From the NCBI GenBank assembly GCA_951406725.2, contig OX597824.1, positions 33,170,001 to 33,234,000 of the forward strand: 64,000 nucleotides of DNA. The letters run 5' to 3'. The stretch's first letter is position 1; every line of letters begins with the position of its first letter. This DNA comes from Octopus vulgaris (Eukaryota). The notes under the pieces were generated by a model. The model was not told where the DNA came from, did not search any database, and saw only the letters and a list, made by a program, of their open reading frames with translations. Shown here one piece after another: positions 12,592-64,000 of this stretch. The position numbers were made by a program, and so were the translations under genes.

Positions 12592-13018
12592 GGACTTCTT
12601 TCAGTTTCTGTCTACCATATCCACTCACAAGACCTTAGGCTATAGTAGAAGACACTTTCCCAAGGTGCCACGCAGTAGAACTGAACCCAGAACCATGAGG
12701 TTGGGAAGCAAGCTTCTTACTACATAGCCATGCCTGTGCCTTTACACAGCCACCTATTTGCCTGTGTAATATATTCATGTTTCTAAACACAGTCAGTCCA
12801 GAAGAGATATTATCTCTGGACAAATACACCTGATTTGCCTTTTGTGAATTGTTTACATTAATTATGATTCATAAATGGCAATTTTAATCGACTAATATTG
12901 CTTCTGTAGCATATAATGATTAAAAAATGTAATTTTATACTATTCTTTTTCAAAAAATAAAAAAAATTACAACTACATTAAAAGCTAATGAAAAAGAAAA
13001 AAATTCAAATTTTCAATC

Positions 13019-13024
13019 TTTATT
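13019..13024 (-). promoter_or_regulatory. Candidate distal polyadenylation signal of the NCKX gene
   Basis: AATAAA on the minus strand followed by a U-rich tract, at the far edge of the SINE-depleted zone; other AATAAA hexamers exist in between. Confidence 0.3.
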
Positions 13025-14888
13025 ACCACAATATAGCGACTATTAAGTGGAGACTAGATCTTCCTCTCCTTAGTATACAATATTACAAGAAATAGACTTT
13101 ACCAGCGTCATTTGGCTATGAGCGAAACAGCTCAAATTTAGACACCTAGCTGCCGTCTTAGGAAAAAGGTTTAGTAAAATTTCTCAAAGATCAGTTTTGA
13201 AGGAAAAATTTCTTCAAATAAATTTACAAAGAAATAACGGTTTTAAAACAGTTTCAACAAGTTTTAAAAATTCCAACATTTTGAATAAAAATAATATATT
13301 TTCACATTTTATTTTTGCAGTTTTGAGAAAGATAAAACAAATTGTATTGTAATAGCTGAGTTGAATAAGCTTCAAAATTAATTTAGTTCATTGTTATTGT
13401 TAGTTACAAACAGATTCATTAATAAATGCTGAGAAATGTTGGCAAGGAAACATTTTCACAGAAAGCAAAATTTCCAAAACTTTGTTTTGTGTTTTTTGGT
13501 AATTTGAAACTAAAAGTTCAAATTACTTTGAAAATATCTGTGAAAAATAAATGGGAATTGAAGAATAAAATATTGAAGCAGGATTGTAAATTTTCATATC
13601 AAACTCAATATGTATATATATGTATATATATATGTTGTATGTAATTGAAAAATTTGGATAAAGGCGAGGAAAATAGAATAATACAAAATCTTAGTAATAT
13701 CTCACATTTACATTTGATAAAATGGATTCCATGCAAAGTACATTGTAAACAGACTGAGCAATTTCCGATCATCTTGTCAACATTGTTATACCCACGCGTT
13801 ATCAATGTAGCAAACCGTTATCAATGTAGCAAATTTGTTGTGTGAGAAAAGACATTTGTCTTCTGGTATGAAACATATAGAAAATGTAATCTAACACGGT
13901 TCATTGAGCATATCAATTGACATACATTCACTTATTACTGTTCAATAATTCAGTCTCTCATCAATACGTACATGCTCAAAAGAGACAAGTAAATTTATTA
14001 ATGCTGTTGTTATTGATATTATTATTATTATTAATATTATTGTTGTTGTTGTTGTTATCATTATTATTATCTTTATTATGTAGTAAGTATTAGGAGTAGT
14101 AGATGATGTTGGAAGTGCTAGTAGTTATAGAAATATTTCAAGTTATTACAACTACAGTCATCAATTAAATATCATATAGATTAACCATCTATGCTATTGA
14201 GTATTGATTATAGTTTGTTTTAGTTTCCTCTTAGTATATAATTCTTGAGAAAAATTTGTTAACATGCTTAAAAGTTTGAGTAATAAAAGTATTTAATTAA
14301 CACATTTTAGAGATAAAGTGAGACATTGTTAGTAATTAGTAACTTGGAAGTAAATTTAATTAATAAAGAAATAGATTTCAAAAAAGAAAAAAAAATGGAG
14401 ATAAAATTGTATAAACAGCTGCATGTAGGAGATGATTTGTAAAGAAAGATATGGGCTGTGTGACATATTCTTACACCGGTTTCAACTTTTTGGGAGTTTA
14501 AACAAAAGTATTCATTGATTAATGATGAATAGTGGTTATACCTACATTTCTCTAAGTAAATTATCTATTGTCATTGTAATTTAATAGGAATACAGAAATT
14601 ACTTGGAACATAGTGGACGGTACAGGGGGAAAAGAGAGGGGTACAATTCTGAGTTGGCAAAGTCTGGAGTAGAGAAACAAAAATAATAAAAAGTAACACA
14701 TAGTTAACATAGACTCATAGTTCAAATTATAGAGTAGCGTTTTCAAATCAACATGGAAAAATTGCAGAAGTCAGTCCTTAATATTTGAGTATACATAAAT
14801 TTACACACAAACTGATACGTATGCAATGTGTGTGTGTATATATAAACAATATACATAAATATGCAGATGTAAACACACACACCCACAC

Positions 14889-14933
<45 letters not shown>

Positions 14934-14979
14934 TATATCCATGTATATATTATATATATACATACATGCATGTTTCATA

Positions 14980-15021
<42 letters not shown>

Positions 15022-17270
15022 CATACATACATATATAAAACATATTAGATAATATACATTTGTCTATACATGCAAGCACACAATCTCCTGATATTTATTC
15101 ATTATACTTGAGTAATGTTCTAGGTTTGTAACTAAAAAGACGGCTATTGAATACATACGACCAAGATTACCCAACTTTTACCCTCAAATTTTTCTCAACT
15201 CTATTCCAAATGGTGTAATCATTCTGCATGTCTCCTGTTCTTATATATATATGATCATATCTCTTAGCTGAGTGGTACACATTTTTCAATCATAATTACA
15301 TTATATGGTTTCAGTTCTTTGTTATTGTATAATAAATAATTTCTTTACAGATTTGGTGATATTTAAACTATATATTCTCATATAATGGTATCTATATCTC
15401 ATTTAAAATCTTCACTGAATTCATTGAATAGGTTTTCAGATTGTATAGTATTTATCAATTTAATTTTTTTTTCAGGTAATTTACCATCATTTAAATGTCA
15501 TTCGGAAATGAGGAAAATACATGATTGTAAATACACTTCCTAGCTAAAAAGAAATATTTATCTAATAAGTTTTTAAATGTAAGTTGAAAAATGCCAAAGA
15601 ATATGACAATTGGTTGATGTAGCAGCTGGTTTCATGAACATTCTGTTGAAGAATATGTTTGAGTAAATAGTTTGAACCTTTTTGTTACTAATTTTCTCTG
15701 CTTTTATTTGCTTATGAAAAAGAAAACAGTTTCATGCTTGGTATTAAAACTGTGCTCTCCAGAAATTTAGGCTAAATCTCTATTGATCTAATTGTGGAAA
15801 AATAAAATTTAATATTGAAGTTGAGTGCTATTAGAATTAATTTAATTCAGTTATTTTGTGTTTTAATTTAAGAATTCAGTTGAAAAAATGTCAGTAAATT
15901 TTAGAATTACTAATTGGTTCAAAATTTTGTAAATAATAGTAAAATTTATTGATTGATTTATTTTGTCAAGGAAGTTGATTATGAATTCCAGCAGTCACTG
16001 ACTCTAATCTCATTTTATATGTTCTGCCTCTTTGATTTTCCTGAGGTTCCACTGCAGTTCTTTGTCTAGAATGGAAACCGAATGATATGATTTGTATATT
16101 GACTAATGAAAACATACTAATAAAAATTGCAATAGGAAAAATGAGGTGAATAATCTAGAAACTACTTGAGCAATTACTCTGCATTTCAGAAAAACAAAGG
16201 TGTTGAAATTATATGGTGTTTTATGTCTGTCTAAAGGGTGACGTAATGACCCTGGTAGGGAGCAAACCATATCCATTGAGAGAGAAAACAAGCTGTTTAC
16301 ATATGTACATCAATTGATATTTATTATTTTATAGAGCGATTTAACTATCTGGAACAATAAATACACACATGTCCACGCCCAGTTAAAAAATATAGAAAAT
16401 TCTTTAGTCAATCCTTGCTTAATTACCTGCAAATTAATTGTTTAATATATTGATTACAAATATGTTTTGTTAGTGACCTCAGCTAATTGGTAGCAGCGTT
16501 TGTTACCAGTTTTTATCTTTTTTCTTTCTTTTTTTTTTTTGTATTTGCTTACAAAACATGGAAACAAGGAAAAAAAGCTTAGCTAGAAAATAGCTGTTTT
16601 TTGTTTTTGTTCACTATGAAGCACCAAAAATCAATCAAAATGACTTATAAATAGAAAAGGACTTGTAAATTGAGATAAATAAGATGCAAAGGGGCAAACA
16701 ATTATGTTCAGAGTAAAAAGAAAAACAAAATATAAAAGGAAAAAAAAATATGATTTGTCACGGACAATTTTAACAGTTTATTCATGACTGAATTAATTGG
16801 CATTTTCAGTAAATATATGTAAATATATGTAAATACCTGAGGGTATTTACTAGGGAATGTGGTAAATATGAACTACCTAGCACCCATTGTCTTAATTCTT
16901 TCTCTCTTTATAACTCCACCCCATCTCTCTCATTTTATAATATCTCATGCAAATGCATGCACACACACACACAAATATATGTGTATGTATATAAGATATA
17001 ATTATACATATATGTGTATGTATGCATGTATATATATATGTGTGTGTGTGTTTGTGTGAGTGTGTGTGTGAATATATACACACATTTATATACATATATT
17101 TATACATATATATATACACATACACTCACATATACATATAAATGTGTGTATATATTCACACACACACTCACACAAACAAACACACACACATATATATATA
17201 TATATGCATGCAAACATACATACACATATACATACATGTATGTAGGTATATGTGAATTTATCAACATGTT

Positions 17271-17315
<45 letters not shown>

Positions 17316-17892
17316 AAGATGATGAAATCTTTTGAGTTTAATATACTAAGATATAGATAAAGCCCTTTGACACATTATATACATCAAGTGTTCTATAGAC
17401 AAGCAAACGGCAAAATGTGATCAGATTGACTTTACATCACCAACAACATCTTATATCACCAGTGACAGCAAACAGCTGAGCTGAGAGTGTTGTCATTTAA
17501 TATTAGGCAAGACAGTTAGCTAGGATGCATCAGAAGCTAACAGCATAATATATAAAACATTTGACATTGATTTTAATAATAGAGTTGTGACACTGAGTAA
17601 AGTATGGGTTGAAAATGGACGCAATAAAATACTTAACTATAAGAAATAAGGATAGTAAGCTATAAATACTTTATAGGAAGTAACAAAAAGTAAGTCCAGT
17701 TGTACTGCACACACACGCACACACACACACACATACAAACACACACAAACACACACATACATATACATATGTGCACATCTATAAATATATATGTATATAT
17801 ACATATATATATATATTGGATAATAAAACGAATAGTTGAAACAATTGTTGTGAATTCTCATATATTCCATCTTCTGTCTTTCATTTGCCATG

Positions 17893-17928
<36 letters not shown>

Positions 17929-18776
17929 CACATGCATATATACATGTATATACACATGCATAAATTAAAATGCCTATATATATTTATATTTATACACATG
18001 CATTAATCTAAATTGATATATATATATATATGTGCACATGTACAAATAAATATGTATGTATATATACACACACACACACACATATACATATATATATATA
18101 TATGCATATACACAAGTATAAAGTTAAATGAATAAATACACACACACACACACACACACACTTGTATAACAGCGGATAGGTTGTACTTGGTACTACTATC
18201 CCTAAGAGAGAGAGGGGGAGTGAGAGAGAGAAAGAAAACTCAAATAGGTTATTTGTAGAGTAGAAATGTATAGTGGAAACTGGTAGATTTTATGCCTTAC
18301 ACTGATCCGTGGTTTGATCCTTAGTAAGGGTGCTTTAAACTGACTTGTCCAAAGAATCCCTTGTATAGGGCTCAGATGTTAAACTACTGGTTACTGTGAG
18401 GTATTGAACCTTTGTATTCACACACTATATATACATACATATATATATCAGGGTTTTATAAAATTGTGTATAGATAAATATATCAGTCAATCAGATTCCA
18501 ACATTGTCCTATTTCAAATATTATTAATGCATTTTTACAATATTACATATTACAAGTACTTTCATGTTTTATAACAATCTTCAGGTAGTATCAACATTAA
18601 CAAACAGCTAATGAGCTTCACATTTGACAATTGTAGTGAAAGAACATTTAATGCTTTCTGACAGGCTCCATCAGATTGAAAAGCTTACAAACTCTATTGA
18701 AAATCAGACTAAGCTGGGATTTGATTGACTAGTGTGTGTGCGTGTGTGTGTAGTGTGCCACATGTGTGTGTGTACA

Positions 18777-18852
<76 letters not shown>

Positions 18853-19148
18853 CAAGCAGAAATAAAATCCAGCAAAAATTGTTTAAAAAAGGAGATATAT
18901 TGGTTTGTTTATTTACATGGTAAGCACATCAGCAAAAATGGTTGAAATACAGCAGCATGCTCACATATTTTTGGATAAGAAAAAAAGATGGAATTTTGGA
19001 TTTCCAAATAACAAGCTTCATTGCTTTTGTTGAGCAATTTTTCAACAAAAGGACAATAAATTAAATTTAGTAGAATTTTAGGTGTTTGAGTTTGATTCAG
19101 TAGTATTCAAATATCATTAATTGGCATTAAGTCACCACTACCACCACC

Positions 19149-19180
<32 letters not shown>

Positions 19181-19732
19181 ACTCACACACACACACACAC
19201 ACACACACACATAAACAACATACATATATGTTGACATATACACACTGTATTTTGGTACAGTTATATTATTGATTTATAAATAAAAACACAAGAGCCATAG
19301 CAATTGACTAATCAATTTCTTCTAGAATTAATTGCATTAAAACCTTATCTACTGTTCCTTGAGATCCTACTTGATACCCTACCGTGATACCATGCTTCAG
19401 CGAAACAAGAGTACCAAGAAAGCAAAGTATATCACTTTGACGAGTTTGATAAAATTAGGGAATAAATTAATTAGTGGATAGGCATAGCTCATGTGTTTCA
19501 TTTATTAGAAATAGCCCATAAAGATGTATCAAATACAATGTATTTATGTATATAAATATGTGTATGTATATGTCTGTTATTCAAGCAAGACTAAGCTCCA
19601 TTTTTTTATGTTTTAAAAAAAGAATTTATCACATTTCTTTCATGATCCCTTATATTTCATTGGAATCGTATATTATTCAAAGTTCATTCTTATTTCAAGA
19701 CCTTCTCAGAATTATTTTTTAAATAATCTTGG

Positions 19733-19788
<56 letters not shown>

Positions 19789-20504
19789 CATCATCATCAT
19801 TATTATTAATTAATTAATTTATTTATCTATTTATTTATTTCTGTAAGAAATTTTATATCAACGGTTGGGACATTTGAAATTTGATAATAAGAAATGAGGG
19901 AAGCAGACAGACAACAAAATTTTCAATGTTTCTAATGTAAAATTTTAAACAGCAATAACAATTGCCTCTACAATTATTTCAGATAGAATATTTAGAGAAG
20001 GTCTTGAAACATGAAGAGATCCTTAGAAAAGTACTGTTCCAAAGGGAATGTACTGCAATAAACACGTTATTTTTAGAAGTCTTTGATATAAAATTTAAAA
20101 CTAGAGCATAGTTAAGGTTTCAACAATAGATATTTTAAATGTAAAATAAAAATTTTTAAAAAACAAAAAAACAAAATGACTTTAGCTGAAGACCCAGCTA
20201 TAAGGTCACAAAATAGCTAAATCCCAACGTAATTAAGGATTTAATTCTGAGTGGATTATGAAACAGCTGTAACCTCTATGGAAATATTAAAACTCTTTGC
20301 CTCTGTTTTATTTGTTTTTATATATAAGTGTGTGTGTGTGTGTGTGTGTGTGCATGTGCGTGTGTAATTACATACAAGTAATTACATACAAGTAAAAGTA
20401 TAGCTTTTATTAAAGACAAAATTGAATATTGTGGACATCAATAATAATAATCATTTAACAGCTTAGTCTTACTTCATCTCCACTTTTCCTTAATTCTTTT
20501 TTAC

Positions 20505-20558
<54 letters not shown>

Positions 20559-20706
20559 CATTATAGCTGTTAATATTAACTAACCTTGAGAGATTCTGGC
20601 AAAATAATGTTACAGCAATTGTTTGAGTTAACCAGGGACTAATATTTTCGAGAAAAGAAAATGGAGTTAAGGAATATATCAAAACATATCTGACTGAATT
20701 AAATAA

Positions 20707-20741
<35 letters not shown>

Positions 20742-20908
20742 ATGTGATGACAGTGATGATGAGAGATCCTACTGGCCATCAGAATGAAAATGTGTAGGAT
20801 ATTAATATCCAGTAACAGATGATGGCAACAGCATTTGCAGTAGTAGATCTGGTGGTGGTGGTGGTAGTGTATTTTTAGTAGTATTTATAGTAGTAGAGTC
20901 TGTAGTAT

Positions 20909-20943
<35 letters not shown>

Positions 20944-21330
20944 AAAAAATTTGTTGTAATAGAAAGGGTTGAAATTTTAATAACTACGTTTTAAAGATAT
21001 TTTGCTCATGAGTATTCTAACGATGTGTTTCCCAAAATTAGGAAAAAATTGTTCTTTAGAATATGTCGGCACTTCCGGTACAGTATTTCAGTTCTGCGGC
21101 AATAAAAAGTTCTAATGCCGTTTGGATGTTTGTCCTCATTGCATTAAAATTGCATTCAATTAACAAATGGTGGTTCTATATTTACAGAGAATGGATGTTA
21201 ATGTTTTAAAGATAACTAACGACCATTCCTGCAATAATGTTGGCAATGAATGCAAATAAAAAAGAAAATGAGAGGCAGTGAAGGCCGATAATCAGTGTTA
21301 GGCATTGATTTGTTGTCAGTGGTGTGTCAT

Positions 21331-62816
<41,486 letters not shown>

Positions 62817-63069
62817 CTGAAATATAGATATATATATATGTGTATCAATACATATGTACATATGTATGTGTCTATGTGTGAATATATATATATATATATA
62901 CATATATATACACATATACATGTGGAGGTTATGAGAGGTAATGGTGTCATTGAGACCCAAAGGTGTCAGGTAATGCTGAATAAGTGCTATAGATAGACCA
63001 TAGTTAGTTCCAGGTTTGGTGATTATGTGAATAAGGGCTTCAACATTGGTCATATGTCAGCGTGTGTAT

Positions 63070-63229
63070 ATAAAATTCTTTTTCGTAATGATATAAAAAA
63101 CCGAGGCTGTGTAGATTTTAGAACATAACTATTTCTTAAAATCCTGGAAACAACTGTAAGACCTTCTATCTATAAATGTTCTAAAATTTACACAGCCTTG
63201 GTTTTATCTCATTACGAAAAAAAAATTTA
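63070..63229. repeat. Hairpin/MITE-like inverted repeat (~55 bp arms)
   Basis: ttttcgtaatga..aaaacc.aggctgtgta.attttagaaca / tgttctaaaat.tacacagcct.ggtttt..tcattacgaaaa. Confidence 0.8.
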
Positions 63230-63234
63230 TCTAC

Positions 63235-63900
<666 letters not shown>

Positions 63901-64000
63901 TTTATGTGTAGATGTGTATATATAGATGTACACATATATATACACATATATATATGCACTAGCACTATGACTCGGCAACGCCTGGTCATAATGCTTATAT

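Noticed and set aside
13105-13140. Small hairpin tgagc-gaaaca-gctca as a ribozyme or SECIS
   Set aside because: No CUGANGA core and no SECIS quartet; a 5-bp stem is expected by chance

Overview
AT-rich, microsatellite- and SINE-dense eukaryotic DNA; the repeat families suggest an octopus (cephalopod) genome, which is an inference. One host gene is present: the 3' two-thirds of a K+-dependent Na+/Ca2+ exchanger (NCKX, SLC24A3/4-like) on the minus strand. I traced 11 GT-AG exons from 62816 to the stop at 21331; they splice in frame to 370 aa. The stop is followed by a ~9 kb stretch almost free of SINEs that looks like a very long 3' UTR. The first 12 kb holds Penelope-like retroelements (PLEs) of about three clades, including a young Naiad-like copy with a ~990 bp near-perfect inverted duplication. 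The introns carry R4/Dong, RTE and L1/Tx1 LINE fragments, Tc1/mariner, hAT and piggyBac-like DNA elements, and several tRNA-derived SINE families. The most unusual signal is a set of at least seven type I hammerhead ribozyme (HHR) motifs. Several sit in short, non-coding, mutually dissimilar cassettes inserted into (TA)n microsatellites, some of them the internal (TA)n of SINEs. One is fully canonical with an extended stem II (40269-40365). The pair in the young PLE has a non-canonical core. All coordinates were read by eye and repeat boundaries are approximate.
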